In this document: positions 24,771-37,454 of the stretch, one piece after another | Layout of the letters: every line of letters begins with the position of its first letter | Numbering within the stretch: position 1 is the first letter of the stretch | DNA from: Chiloscyllium plagiosum | Lineage: Eukaryota | Reading direction: 5' to 3' | DNA length: 64,000 nt | Assembly: GCF_004010195.1 (NCBI RefSeq) | Contig: NC_057718.1 | Span: 95,916,354-95,980,353, forward strand | Position numbers and translations under genes: made by a program | Notes under the pieces: model-generated | The model's input: only the letters and a program-made list of their open reading frames with translations | Told to the model about the DNA's origin: nothing | Databases searched by the model: none

Positions 24771-26294
24771 GAAAAGGATGCTGCCCCACAACTTTAACGA
24801 GACCAACATACTCCATGCTAACAGCCTGTTTGTCCTCTGATATCAGTGAACCATCCCCAATTGTCATAATTGTACACTTTGTTTATCTAATTAACAAATG
24901 TATCATATATAAACTGCTGCTTCTTAATAAACTGAACAAACTATCAGAAAATTGCTACAAATTATCGACTGTTTATATTAGACCACTGTGGTCATGAATC
25001 CCTCAAACTCAACAATACTGTCAGCAGTGGTATATCACCGAAGGCAAAGTTTAATTAGCTTTGAGTTTGAGAAGCTGGGAAGCAGCAATTTTAGATTGTA
25101 ACTAAATGCATGTTGAATAATTCTCAAAATAGAACATCAAGTCACTCTGGAGTGATTTAAAATGCATCTGATAGATAGTTTAATGGAAAAGTTAAGATCA
25201 TTGGTACTGGAAATATACAACAGTAATTACGAGTGTGTCCTTGACAAGATTTTGAAAGTGGTTGTGAAATTTAAAATTGAGTTAGAAACAGTCTGGAATG
25301 CGTTAGCTTACATTGCCCATTTGTGCATAAAATGAGGACAAGGCGACAGGTAGACCTAAGTTTGTGACTGAACAAACTGGATATTGATTTTGAAATGGAT
25401 CATGAATCAAATTCTCCCCTGACTTAGCTCAGATCAAAGCATGTCAAGCAGACATCTATGAACAGAGAGCAATTGTAACTGCTGGCTCACAAGCTAAGGC
25501 AGGTAACCTTAGGAAAATGGTCGGGAGTCCTTCCCCCATTGTTGTGCTTCTCCAATGTGTTGAGGTGAAACTGGACTACAATGTCAGTCAGGACAGGGCA
25601 AGGACAGAGGTGGAAGCAATGGATGAAGGACCCTTAGGCACAGTTAAGCGAGAGGTCACATTTCTGAACAAGTTCCTTTCTTCCAATGCAATTAAAGAAG
25701 CCCTGTGAACATTGGTTTGTGCTCACAGAGAGTTCCCATAACAGTTGCCATGAAAACATCATTACATTTGACTGAAATCCGCACTGAAACAGGGAGCAGT
25801 CCGCACGCATCATTGATTGAAATTGAGAAAGAAGTCACAAGTTTCGACAAAAGTTTAAAAAAAGGCGTGAACTCTACTTTTCAATTAACAATAATCCATG
25901 CTGTGAAAAGCTTGTTCTCAAAACATAAGGATAAGCTGCATTTTGGAAGATATCCAGTTTGAACTTAGAATTTGGAATGAGCAATACTTTTTCCTAATAC
26001 ATGTATTGTTTTCTGCAGGTGGTCTTAAAATAGATGGTTTTCTTTAAGACAATAAACCTGAAAGCTCAGTTTTAAATTATCAGAAGATTTTGACACTTCC
26101 TTAAAATAAAATATGTAAAATTATGACAGCATCACTTAGTGATCTGGCTCCCTCACTTCTCAGACCAACAAAGAGTTAACTCTTTCTACTAACACTTAAT
26201 TTTTAAATTTTATCATATGTATTCCATATGTATGTGACTGGATGTGTGACTTTGCACAGGGCTAAATTTTGGATTTCTAAGGTGAATTCCCCCC

Positions 26295-26615
26295 CCCCCT
26301 AGGGTGGGGGAATTCAAAACCAGTGGGCATATTTTAAAGGTGAGAACAGAAAGATTTAAAAAAGACAAGAGGGGCAAAATATTTACACAGAGAGTGGTTT
26401 GTGTGAGGAATGAACTGCCAGAGGAAGTCATAGATGCAGGTACAGTTACAATGTTTAAAAGACATTTGGATAAGTTCATAATTAGGAAAGGTTTGGAGAG
26501 ATATAGGCCAAGCACAGGCAGGTGGGACTAGTTTAGTTTCGGAACATGGTCGGCACAGACTGGTTGGAACAAAGGGTCTGTTTCCATGCTATAAGAATTA
26601 TGACTATGATTCTAA
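26295..26615 (+). mobile_element. CR1 3' fragment
   Basis: GEFKTSGHILKVRTERFKKD.RGKIFTQRVV...NELPEEV. Confidence 0.9.
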
Positions 26616-26960
26616 GATGAGTTGACTGCCAACTTTGCAAAGGCAAATGCAAGAGTTGGACAATAAATTTCCATACAGTATAACTCTGTGACTCTACACA
26701 TTTACAGGTGCATTTGGACATTATTAATCCATTGGGCGTCTTCCAGAGCTACAGCGGATTTTTGCTTTTGTTACTTTTGCAGGTTTCAAGAACCCAGCAA
26801 GAGACCCAGGTGTCTTGATGAGACAAAGTGTTTGCGAATAGAAGAACCTTAAACTAACTGTGATCACTGGTGCTTCCAATATAAAAGCAGTGTTTAAAAC
26901 ACCAAACCAGGAAATTATTGTGTCTGAAATTCTGAAATTGGGATTGACGAAATAACTAGA

Positions 26961-27180
26961 TACAGGCTGTCTCCAAGTTACAAGTGGTTCCATTCCTGAC
27001 TACATTTGTAAGTTGGCTTGCACGCAAATCTGAACACGGTACAGTAGAGTATAATATACCTATTTGTAAGTACAATAAGACCTCTGAGTGTTGCATCCTT
27101 AAAATTAACAGTAATATGGGATCTCAATCATAAGGATGAGCATTTGTAAATCAGACATCCGTTAAGTTGGGAATCACCTG
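26961..27180. mobile_element. Old Tc1/mariner (Tigger-like) MITE
   Basis: ta-caggctgtctccaagttac ... gttaagttgggaatcacctg degenerate TIRs. Confidence 0.5.
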
Positions 27181-27289
27181 CCCAAGTTGCTTGTTCAACC
27201 ACGCACTAAGAAATTCAATTGAAGTTAAAGGGGCAGATAAATTTAGACATTTAAATTTTAATTTAAAAAAACAGGCACTAGAAACAACC

Positions 27290-27468
27290 TAGGTGGTTTT
27301 AATTTTATCAAATAAAATGAGAAAGATTGTGTGGGAAGAAATTAATTAGCCATTAATGAAACCTATCAGCTCAACAACACTAAGACTGTATACAAAAAAG
27401 AAACCCTCAAGTCTATTGTTAGCACATTTGATTTTGAGATAATTTTAACAGAAAGAAACGTCAAGCAT
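27290..27468 (+). repeat. ~170-bp segment duplicated at ~28890-29065
   Basis: ataaaatgag.aagattgtgtgggaaga...gaaaccctcaagtctattgttagca.atttgattttgagataattttaacagaaagaaacgtcaa present twice. Confidence 0.9.
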
Positions 27469-28487
27469 AATTTAGCAAATCGCTTTTGAGAAAATTGTTT
27501 TTTTTGTAAGAAAGAACAAACAAGCAGAATTTGGCCATGCTCAAAAGTAATGTTTGATTTTTGTTTTAAGTCTTACAAAACACCATTTTAAACAGGATAG
27601 TAAAGTTTCTCCAGAGCTCCTGAATCAGAAACTATGGTAATGAGATGGCACATTTGGAATAAGAGAAAGGTTGGGAAATAAAACCTCAAAATTGAATGGG
27701 AATAACTCAACCTAGGTGTAGTTAAAAGAGGAAATGATAATTTTGGGTTCAGACAATTGAAAGCTAAGGAGGAAAGCAATTAAGTAGAAAATTCCAGAAG
27801 GTGTGTACAGGTGAAGGGAGAGCTGGTGAATTGTACCAACCATTCGCAATTTGTTGCTGCAATTAAATGTACCATAATCAGCTGAGGATGAGCCAAAGTG
27901 CTCATAGAATGATAGTATAGTTTCAATGTTGAATGAGGGAGAAGGATCAGAAAAATCCAAAACATGATGAAAGGACAAAGGAAAGCAAAAAAAACAGGGA
28001 AACCAAGTGGGTAGATATTTACCCCATTTGGAAGCTTACCCTCTGCTTCCAACCCACTGAAACAACAGTGTTAGAGAATCACTTCTTGGTTCACGTATCC
28101 ATACATAACATTAGACTGCTGAGAGTAAGCATCTCCACACACACACACTTGGTGCCTAAGACCAGCTCTCAATTTGGCTTCTTAATTCCCCATCCTCCAT
28201 TTATTTCTAAAACTCAAATCAATCCTACACAGGACCAGTACCTCAGAAAAAACACACGGTCAAAATGATCGAACCGAACAAAGAAATAGAAGAAATTCAA
28301 AAGCCAGGGGAATATGTCTGATCTGACGTACAGTCAGTCAGGCCCCTTGATTGAAGGTGTCAGCCTTCTGTTTAATAGCTGATAAAAGCTTGATGAAACA
28401 GCTTTATTATGTTATCTGTAATATACTTAAAGAAATTAGAGAACCAAACCTTCACCTTAGAAATAAATAGGTTAATTAAGAATAAGG

Positions 28488-28840
28488 GGAGGTAATAGCC
28501 TAAGTGGTATTAATGCTGGGCTATTAATCCAGAGACTGGGGTAATGTTCTGGAGACCCGGGTTGGAATCCCACCACAGTAGACGGTGAAATTTGAATTGA
28601 ATAAAAGTCTGGAATTAAGACCCTAATGATGACCATGAATCCATTGGCAGTTGTTAGAAACCCCATCTGGTTCAGTAATGTCCTTTAGGGAAGGAAACAG
28701 CCATCTGTACCTGGTCTGGCCTACATGTGACTCCAGACCTGCAGCAATGTGGTTGATGCTTAACTTGCCTCTGGGTAATTAGGGATGGGCAATAAATGTT
28801 GGCCTAGCCAGTGATACCCATATCTTGTGAATGAATAAAC
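28488..28840 (+). mobile_element. tRNA-derived SINE, family B
   Basis: Head (agtggtatt...gggttggaatccc), body and tail tagggatgggcaataaatgttggcctagccag. Confidence 0.88.
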
Positions 28841-29799
28841 AATGTTTTGAGAAGTCATTAAGGATGTTTCCATCTCAAAGAGGACACTAATGGAAATTTT
28901 AATTAGCATCAGATAAAATGAGTAAGATTGTGTGGGAAGACATTAATTGGCTATTCATGAAACCTATCAGTCCAACCACACTAAGATTATACACAAAGAG
29001 AAACCCTCAAGTCTATTGTTAGCATATTTGATTTTGAGATAATTTTAACAGAAAGAAACGTCAACATAAGGTCCCTTTTAAGCACTTGTGTGCTTTTAAT
29101 GCTCCATATTTGATATTTCCTGTGTAGTATGAGACCTTATTTAATTTTATCATATTGATAACTAGCCTTCTATGAGCAAAATATAAGTTTTGGCAGGTGG
29201 AAAACTATCTTATTTCAGTGTTTTCAGAAATAAGGTTTGTTCTTAAAAGGAGTGAAAGTTAGCTTTCAAATGGAACTGGGAAACAGGACAATAGTCATCT
29301 GCTGTCATGCATCACTATCTCATGGTCATTAATGAAAAGGATTCAGACAATTTATCGATACAGTGCAAGCTTCCAGCTCCGAGAAATAAGGTATCAACAA
29401 ATGCTCAGGGACACAGGGCAATGTCATTGGATGGTCCTCCTCAGCCAGTACTTGTAGGCAGTGGTCCTCATTAACTGGTCCTCAGAAAGCTGTTTTCTCC
29501 AGTTGGAAGATGGACCAGAAGAAGAGGACTTATGGAGGAGTTCCCGAACACCTTGCTTAGAGAGCAGGATGTTGCCTTTGCAACTTTAACAAGGCCAACA
29601 CATTCCAGACCAATAGCCTCTGTGCCCTCTAGTAACCATCCCCAATTGTCACAGTTACTTACTTTATTTATCTAATAAACAAATATGTCATATCTAATCT
29701 GCTACTTCTTAACAAACTCAATAAACCATCAGAAAATGACTGTAATTTTGCAATCATCTATATTAGCTAACTGAGATCACAAACTTCTAACAATTGTAA

Positions 29800-30140
29800 G
29801 GTGATACCTGTATCCTAACTCTGATCAAGTCCTTTTCACATCTATGTTTGCCGACCCAAATAACTCATGATCAAACAGCACCATCTTAAATTCGTTTCAG
29901 ATCCTTTATGCCCTCACTTCTTCGTATTTCTATAATCGCATCAGCTCCAGCCCCATAACCCAATTCTGGCATCCTGAGCAATCCTGAGTTACATCTCTCC
30001 ACCACCAGTCATCTGTCCAGGCCCTGAGTTCTGGAAAATCCTTCCTAAACCTTTCTACCTCACCTTTCTCCTTTAAGATGCTCCCATAAAAAAAACACAC
30101 GTGGCTGTGCAAAAAAGTGTTTCAACATCTGCCCTAATAT
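29800..30140 (+). mobile_element. Degenerate L2-like LINE 3' end
   Basis: ggccctgagttctggaaaatccttcctaaacct...tcctttaagatgctcc; antisense homologs at ~51710-52000 and ~62750-63260. Confidence 0.55.
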
Positions 30141-30153
30141 CTCCTTATATGGC

Positions 30154-30380
30154 AAAAGTAAAGAGCGACAGATGCTGGAAACCAGAGTTTAGATCAGAGT
30201 GGTGCTGGAAAAGCACATCAGGTCAGGCAGCATCCGAGGAGCAGGAAAATCAACGTTTCGGACAAAAGCCCTTCATCAGGAATAGAGCTCTATTCCTGAT
30301 GAAGGGCTTTTGCCCGAAGTGTTGATTTTCCTGCTCCTCGGATGCTGCCTGACCTGCTGTGCTTTTTCAGCACCACTCTC
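30154..30380 (-). mobile_element. Penelope-derived fold-back mini-element, family A
   Basis: Loopless palindrome centre ttcatcaggaatagag|ctctattcctgatgaa (30287/30288); 15-bp TSD atctccttatatggc at 30139-30153 and 30381-30395. Confidence 0.92.
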
Positions 30381-31608
30381 ATCTCCTTATATGGCTCAGT
30401 GTCAAATTTTGTTTTGGAATATTCTTCTGACTTGCCTTGTGTTAAAGATGCTCTGTAAAGACAAATGGTTGTCGTTGTTCTAGAACTTCAGGAAGACCAA
30501 TAGTGCATATTGAACTAACTGTGTGAAGAAGATGATGATGCAACCAACTTCCACAGCCCACCCTCAAAATCTCCAGCAACCACAGCTGCTGCCATAAAGC
30601 TATGCTTTAAAACAACATCTCAATTACTTTTGCAGTGTGGCCTGTTGACAAAGCTTAGGACAGATAATGGCATCTGTGAGAATTCACCGCAGCACTGAAC
30701 AACACGATTCCTATCAGAAGATGAAGGCTGGAAATTAAAAGAGGACAAATTTCTGAATGGTTGCTCCATTAGGAAAATTCAAAGGAGATTAACATTATCA
30801 CTTCAGCCCTGTCATTAGCAGTGTTCGTGCTTTCAAACATTTGGGCTTCAAAGCAGCCAACTATTTCTCCAGGGACATCCTGACGGTACCGTCCTCCAAC
30901 CACTTTCAAAAGGGGATCTTGCATAGATTGTCCTTTGCGCACTGTCTGTAATTGTCAGATTGAAAACACAACAAAATAAGAACAAAGATGCCTAGTACAA
31001 AGGCAAGCTAAAAGATGCTAGTAAAAGTACAGGATTCCATCATTTAAGATCATGTGGGAATTCAGTAGGATTCCCCCTTTAATCTTAAATCTGTACAACA
31101 TTTATTTGTAATTGTTGATGTATGGTTATAGTATGTGATTATATTAGTTCACTGCCTGAAATAGAACTTCTAAGGGATAGAATTACTTGGCCCTCATCAT
31201 CCTATTCCATGCTCTGCTGTGGAAATTCTACGTAATTGCACAGCGTTATAATTTTTACAATTGCTCTCCAAAGGTACTTAACCTCTTTGCTGAGAGTGCC
31301 TTTGTCAGCCTTGCTGGCATGCTCTACAATGAGATGTTGCATAAGACTGAGTCTCACTCGTACACGTACTCTCACTGCGAAAGAAAACATCGCCTTTATA
31401 ATTATTGCCTTTTTTTGAGAAAAAGACTTGATGAGAGAATGCTGGTCAGAGGCACCGTAGAAAGCATGCTGTATAGTTATCGAAAATATCTAGCTTAGTT
31501 TGTAGTAGGAGCTCTTTATCTGTTGGGAACAATGGAGACATTATTTTAATAATTCATTCATGGGATATGAGTGCCAGCATTTATTGCCCTTCCCTAATTA
31601 CCCAAAGG

Positions 31609-31740
31609 AGGAGAAAGTGAGGTCTGCAGATGCTGGAGATCAGAGCTGAAAATGTGTTGCTGGAAAAGTGCAGCAGGTCAGGCAGCATCCAAGGAACAGG
31701 AGAATCGACGTTTCGGGCATAAGCCCTTCTTCAGGAATCA
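31609..31740 (-). mobile_element. Single-arm family A Penelope mini-element
   Basis: 17-bp TSD ccctaattacccaaagg at 31592-31608 and 31741-31757. Confidence 0.92.
31705..31735 (-). ncRNA. Minimal type I hammerhead ribozyme core (intact)
   Basis: Minus strand c-CUGAAGA-A-GGGC-UUAU-GCCC-GAAA-CGUC-ga. Confidence 0.8.
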
Positions 31741-32154
31741 CCCTAATTACCCAAAGGGCAGTTAAGCGTCAACCACACTGCTATTGGTCTGGAGTCCCAT
31801 GTAAGCCAGACCAGATAAGGATGGCAATTTGCTCCCCTAAAGGACATTAGTGAACAAGATGGCTTTTTCCAACAGTGGATTCCTGGTCATCATGAGACTC
31901 ATAATGCCAGAATTTTATTGAATTCGATTTCCACCGTCTGCCGTGGTGGGATTTGAACCCAGGTCCCCATGAACGTTATCTGGATTAACAGTTCAATGAT
32001 AACACCAGGAGACCTTCACCTCTTCCCCCTAAATTATACAAAACCTTACATCTGTGACTCTTGCTCATTACATGCATTGCACTAATTCTGCTAACTGGGC
32101 AAAGATCGCTCAATACTCAGAGGTATGTTGAGACTAATTTGTTTTAGTTAACTT

Positions 32155-32482
32155 GATTAGATTACTTACAGCGTGGAAACAGGCCCTTCAACCCAACAAG
32201 ACCACACTGACCCGCTGAAGCGCAACCCACCCAGACCCAATCCCCTACATTTACTCTTTCACATAACACTACAAACAAATTAGCATGGCCAATTCACCTA
32301 ACCTGCCATTTTTTTTGGATTGTGGGAGAAAACCAGAGCGCTCAGAGGAAACCCACGCAGACACGGGGAGAATGTGCAATCTCCACCCAGAGAGTCGCCT
32401 GAGGTGGGAATTGAACCCAGGTCTCTGGCGCTGTGAGGCAGCAGTGCTAACCACTGTGCCACCCACTGCCACCGTGCTGCCC
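32155..32482 (-). mobile_element. HE1-type V-SINE
   Basis: Reverse-complement head, V-domain and (aatct)n tail. Confidence 0.93.
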
Positions 32483-33309
32483 ATTAATTATTAAGAAGCA
32501 ATTTGGAAATTGTAAACTGACAGCAATCACAGGATTAAAGCTGTGTTCCTCCAATGGGTAATAATGTAATGATACACAGTAAAGGCTTTGCCTGATGCAA
32601 TACTAACCCATTGAACTAAACAATTTCAGGTTTGATTATGAGACAGTGTTGATTTAAATGTTCTCAGTAGTTGTGGATGCTTTGTGCAAGGTAAATTAAT
32701 TTATTGAGATCTGGTTGCCTGTACGCTCATAGGGCTGGGGTCAGAATTAAATTTGAATTATTTTACAATGGACTAACTTACTGGCACTCACTGTATAGGT
32801 TTGACAAGTCACAAATTGGCCTTTGCAATATTAAGGAGGGCTTTTTATTCATATATGGGCTATGAACGTTACCGGCAATGCCAACGTTTATTGGCTTTTA
32901 TTGTGGGTCGGGTGACAAATGAAGATCAAATCAGCTAAGGAGGGAAGATTTCCTTCTCCATAGGATATTAGTAAACCAGATGGATTGCTACAAATATCAT
33001 CAGTGGTTATAGGGTTGCTATTAGACTCGCTTTATGTTACAAGTTTTCTTTAGAAACTCAAATTTCACTCTACTGGGATTTGAATTCAAGACCCAGGCCT
33101 GGGGGATTTGAAATATTAACCCCGCAATATATATGCGATGCTACCATCTCCCTTAATTGGTGCTCATTCATGAAAAGATGTATCTGTTTCTTGGGAGAAG
33201 GGAGTTGGAAATTGAAAGGAAGATGACGAATGGAAATTGGCTCATGGTTTCTCCCAATGGCCCTTTTGGTAACCCAACATGCAAGGAAGATATTGCGCCA
33301 AAGAAATAC

Positions 33310-33435
33310 CCCAAAGAACTGCAGATGCTGGAAATCAGAAACAAAAACAAAAATTGCTGGAAAAACTCAGCAGGTCTGATAGCAGCTGTGGAGAGAAAAC
33401 AGAGTTAACGATTTGGGTGCATTGCCCCTTCAGTG
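33310..33435 (-). mobile_element. Old Penelope-derived tail (family C)
   Basis: actgcagatgctggaaatc...tgctggaaaaactcagcaggtctg...cagagttaacg, related to family A termini. Confidence 0.65.
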
Positions 33436-33504
33436 GTCCAGACATTGAGCCACATCAATCAGTAAAATGCCAGCTTTGAACCATTCTATCCTGCATTATA
33501 AAGT

Positions 33505-33860
33505 AAGGGATTAGTTAACTCAGTTGGCTGGATAGCTGGTTTGCAATGTGTAATGATGAGAGCAGTGTGGGTTCAATTCCCTCACCAGCTGACGTTACTG
33601 AGTAGGACTCTCCTTCTCAATCTCTCCCATCACCTGAGGTGCAGTGACCCTCGGGTTAAACCATGCCCAGTCGTCTCTCTCTAACAAGAGAGCAGTCTGG
33701 TAAGACTATGGCTACTGCACCATAGCAGGTGATCTTGTGGTACAGTGGGTAGTGTACCTATCTCTGAGTGAGAAGACCTGGGTTTGAGTTTCGCCCCAGC
33801 CTTGATGTGAGAAGAGTAGGAATTATAACATGGTCAAGCTGGTTGACTGTCAAATCTTCA
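33505..33860 (+). mobile_element. Two adjacent old tRNA-derived SINE remnants
   Basis: A/B-box-like taactcagttgg...gggttcaattccc (33510-33580) and tggtacagtggg...gggtttgagtt (33738-33791). Confidence 0.55.
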
Positions 33861-34514
33861 CATTCTTCCAATAAGTTTATGGTTGGTGCTAAGAGAGGCC
33901 AAGACTTCTGGTCAGTCATGGTTGATGTGGAATGGTGCTGCTCAAACACTTCAGGCCAACAGCTTCTTCCAGTAAAAACAGACGAGTGAGAACAGATGTA
34001 AGCATTGTCTGCCCTCTGGATTTTACAACAATCCAGTAGTTTCACAATCATTATTAATGAGAGCAGCATTTTATTCCAGATTTACTTATTAATTGAATTT
34101 AAATTCCTCCTGCTGCTGTGGTGGGAGTTGAACTCATTCCTCTGGCACATTAGTGGAGGCCTCTGGATTATTAGTCCAGGACCTAAGCTATCCTTGGACT
34201 TTCCCTGAGTAAATGGGTGGTGCAATACTTAATGTAATCGAAAACCTATGGACTTTCCAACTAAATTCAAAAACCGTCCATTGTTTTGAAAGATTGGCCT
34301 CCATTCATCACATCATTAGCACCCAATCTTCAATAGTACAGAATAAGTTTATTGGCACATTTTGTATCGTACAGTGTACAGTGTTGGAGCAAAATGTCTG
34401 TGATCCAGCAGAGAACATAAGTAGCTGACAGCTGATGCTTTTGAGGCAATGCTAATAAGAGTTTTACCTCCTCTTCCATCGATAGTCTTCCTCCCAAGCC
34501 AGCCAGCATCGGTG

Positions 34515-34890
34515 GCTGAGGGGTCACCTTATTGAGGTTTATAAAATTCAGATGAATTGCCAAGTAAGTCTTTTTCCCAGGGTAGAGGTATCCAAAACTA
34601 GAGGGCATAGGTTTAAGGTGACGGGGGAAAGATTTAAAAGGAACCCAAGGGGCAACTGTTTCACTCAGAGGGTGGTACGTGTTTAGAATGAGCTGCTAGA
34701 GGAAGTGGTGGAGACTGGTAGAATGACAACATTTAAAAAACATTTGGTTGAGTACATAAATGAGAAGGGTTAAGAGGGATATGGGCCAAATGCTGGCAAA
34801 TGGGACTAGATTAATTTCGAATATCTGGTCAGCATGGATGATTTGGACCAAAAGGGTCTATTTCCATACTGTACATCTCTATGACTCATT
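34515..34890 (+). mobile_element. CR1 3' fragment
   Basis: aaaactagagggcataggtttaaggtg...ctgtacatctctatgactc. Confidence 0.88.
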
Positions 34891-35507
34891 AGGAAAACAA
34901 TTTAAAAATGGATTCCGTCAGAGCGCAGCTCTCTGCAGTAGATAGTGATTTGAAATTCAGAGGCTGACTCTTTAGGGTTGGGAGAGGTGTGGGAATGGGG
35001 GTGAGGAGGACAGTACAGAGAGAACCTTCCCACCCACATGTATCAATAAAGAAATCTGCAATACTTCATCCTGTATTGGGTTTCAAGTTTGACTCAATGT
35101 ACCAAATCTTTCTAATTAGTGTTTACATGCTATATCATCACCTGGGGAAAGAAGGCAGGTAACGTTGAAGTAGGCAGGTTTGTGTACCTGTAATATCACC
35201 TGCCCGATTGTCCATTTAAAGTAATAGATGTTTTATGTTGTGCTTTAAGCCAGTAATGCTACTTGTATGCTAGGATACTGGTCTGACATTATCCTTCGTG
35301 TCTGCACCTACATTGTCCCTGATGCTGCTTATCTCTAATTAAGACTCTTCAAATCCTTATATTTTGGAATGCTCCTTTTTTATTTACATCTGCACATTGT
35401 AGGTTACCAATTGGAGCTCTCTAGAACAGTGTTCAAGACCTCCCTCTTCCAACACTCATACAGATTCTACATATGTGCCTTCTCTCTGACTGACATTAGG
35501 GTCATGT

Positions 35508-36173
35508 TGTCATGACGAATTTGGTTGTACCACTGTGACAAAGCTGCTCCTTTAACAAGGTTATGTTGTCCTTAGGATTTTTTTTCAGAGAGATCGTGAA
35601 AGACACTGACTCCGAAGTGCCTAAGTTTAATGGTTTTAGGACCAGTTTGATAATAACTAACAGATACTGCCTCAGCCAAGAGGCTTTCAAGTTGTTTTGA
35701 AAAAAACCCACCTGTACAACAAAAGGGGAGTGGCCAGTTCTTCCAGCTCAGCTTTTCTCTGGTTTGGTTTGGGTTTTTTTTTAGCAGTAGTCTTATGAAA
35801 CTGCTGGGCCCAAAGAAGCAGGTCCAGGCTGGTCCTCTCTCCCTGACTTGTCTCCTGTAAGGCTCTGCATTTGATTTTACTTTTTGTGCTAATGGGTGTT
35901 TATGGGGATTGTTGCAAGTATTTGGAACAGCGTCATTAAGTTAGGATGATCTGTTGGGTTTTCGGAGAGGTTGTTATTCGGTATTATGTTCTCTTTTGTT
36001 TGTGTTTCATTCAGTAATCTTGTAAATAAGTTCTGTTTTGTTTGACAAAGTGGGTTGACCAGCAGCATCTCTCCTGGAATATCCACTATACACCTACTTA
36101 AAACAATGAGCAAAGTTCGGGTCTGGGCTACTTTCTTGAAATGAGTCGAGGGGGTCTGGCCTGTTCCATAACA
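35508..36173 (+). mobile_element. Solo LTR (probably Gypsy-type)
   Basis: TGTCATG...CATAACA termini; 3' half is reverse-complement homologous to 48421-48700; no matching TSD seen. Confidence 0.7.
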
Positions 36174-36422
36174 CCACAATGAATGGAAAATCAGCAGGGA
36201 TTCTATCCTGACATGAAATCTTCTGAGCCAGTTTTCCTCTTCTTTGTTCTGATCAGAAATTCAAATCCTGTCCAAGTAAAACTGAGGAAAATATGCCCTT
36301 CCTTAAGAGTGTGGCTAACTTAAAAGGAAAACTCTATTTGATGTTCTCGTTATCAGGTTTTGGAGGGGCAGCAGTCTGACTCCCTTAGCCTCTGTAAAGT
36401 GGCAAGGATATGAAAGTAGCCA

Positions 36423-36480
36423 GTTGAAACTTTATTGCTGGAACAGCACAGCAGGTCAGGCAGCAGGTCAGGCAGCATCC
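36423..36480 (-). mobile_element. Collapsed family A Penelope remnant
   Basis: gctggaacagcacagcaggtcaggcagc...atcc; 13-bp flanking repeat atgaaagtagcca at 36410-36422 and 36481-36493. Confidence 0.8.
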
Positions 36481-36669
36481 ATGAAAGTAGCCACTTGGGC
36501 AATATAGTTGAGTGCTCTCAGGAGGTGAGATATTCTATGCGGCTCAGATTTGTTGCAATTGGAAGAAGGAGGTTATGTAACCTGTCTGCACTGCATTCAC
36601 TTTGCTTCAACTCAAAAGTAAGTGGCCAGATAATATTCAGGTGCAGCATTCTTAATGGGAATAAAACGA

Positions 36670-37030
36670 TTTTGGGATTCAAGTCTCACTGAAACTTGAA
36701 CACAGAATTTAATTTGCAGTTTCAATACACTGCTTACAGAGTCCTTCAAACTACAAGTCAAACCAATCTGGGTTAATGTAAGAGATACAGTTGCACTATC
36801 GAAGGAAGACAAAGGTAATTAGTCCTGTTATTCCTGGCCAATATTTATCGCTCAAGCAACTTAATTCAAGCAAAATATATCACCTGATCATTATAAAATG
36901 CTGCTTAGTGTGTCTCACTAGATGCAGTTTGACTACCATGTTTATGACATTACAACAGCAAATAGTCTTTGAACATTTCCCGTGTACTGTATTAGGTTGT
37001 TTTGAGTTGATGTAAGGCATTTATAACTGT
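36670..37030 (+). mobile_element. Degenerate DeuSINE (SacSINE1/AmnSINE-like Deu domain)
   Basis: tcctggccaatatttatcgctcaa...acattacaacag resembles the Deu core; homolog at 50270-51085. Confidence 0.6.
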
Positions 37031-37454
37031 GTGCCAACCTCCCTACAGAAAAACTCCTTGACAGGTAAATGCAGGTCAGCATTCCCCCTGGTTGGCGAAT
37101 CTAGATCCAGGGGCATAATTTAAAAATAACTTAAAAACAGGAGAGAAGTCTGAGATGAGGAGAAATTATTTTACTCAGAGGATGGTGAAACGTTGGAATT
37201 CTCTACCACAGAGGGCTGTGGTAGCTTATGTAGAGATTGACAGATTTCTGAATACCAATAGCAAACAGAGTTATAGGGATGGGATACATTAAAAAAAACA
37301 TTGATGAACCAGGATAGTATTGAATGGCAAGGCCAGCTCAATGGGCTTTATGCCTCACTCCTGTTCCTGTGTCCTAAACATACTCAGCTCTCTCGCATTT
37401 GAATAGCTGTTGAGATCACAGTTACAAATAGTGTGACAAATAGAAGTCACACAG

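Larger units (their letters stand above)
23320..25000 (+). repeat. Copy 1 of an old duplicated segment (copy 2 at ~29069-29790), interrupted by a SINE and a Rex1 fragment
   Basis: Colinear blocks: gtagtatga.acct.attta; ttcagacaat; ccagctcc.agaaata.gg; tctccagttg.aa.atggaccagaag; aaccatccccaattgtca; tttatctaat.aacaaat. Confidence 0.85.
31550..32025 (-). mobile_element. Family B SINE interrupted by a Penelope mini-element
   Basis: Reverse complement of the family B SINE on both sides of 31609-31740. Confidence 0.85.

Noticed and set aside
25744..25757. RFX X-box-like GTTGCCATGAAAAC
   Set aside because: Second half-site is imperfect and there is no CpG island or promoter context
25990..27640. 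Plus-strand acceptor-like sites (26018, 26782) and a 41-nt mini-exon candidate (27596-27636)
   Set aside because: No coherent reading frame or recognisable protein; such sites occur by chance in AT-rich DNA
27933..28268. 111-aa ORF MREKDQKNPK…
   Set aside because: Low-complexity A-rich composition, no domain, no splice support
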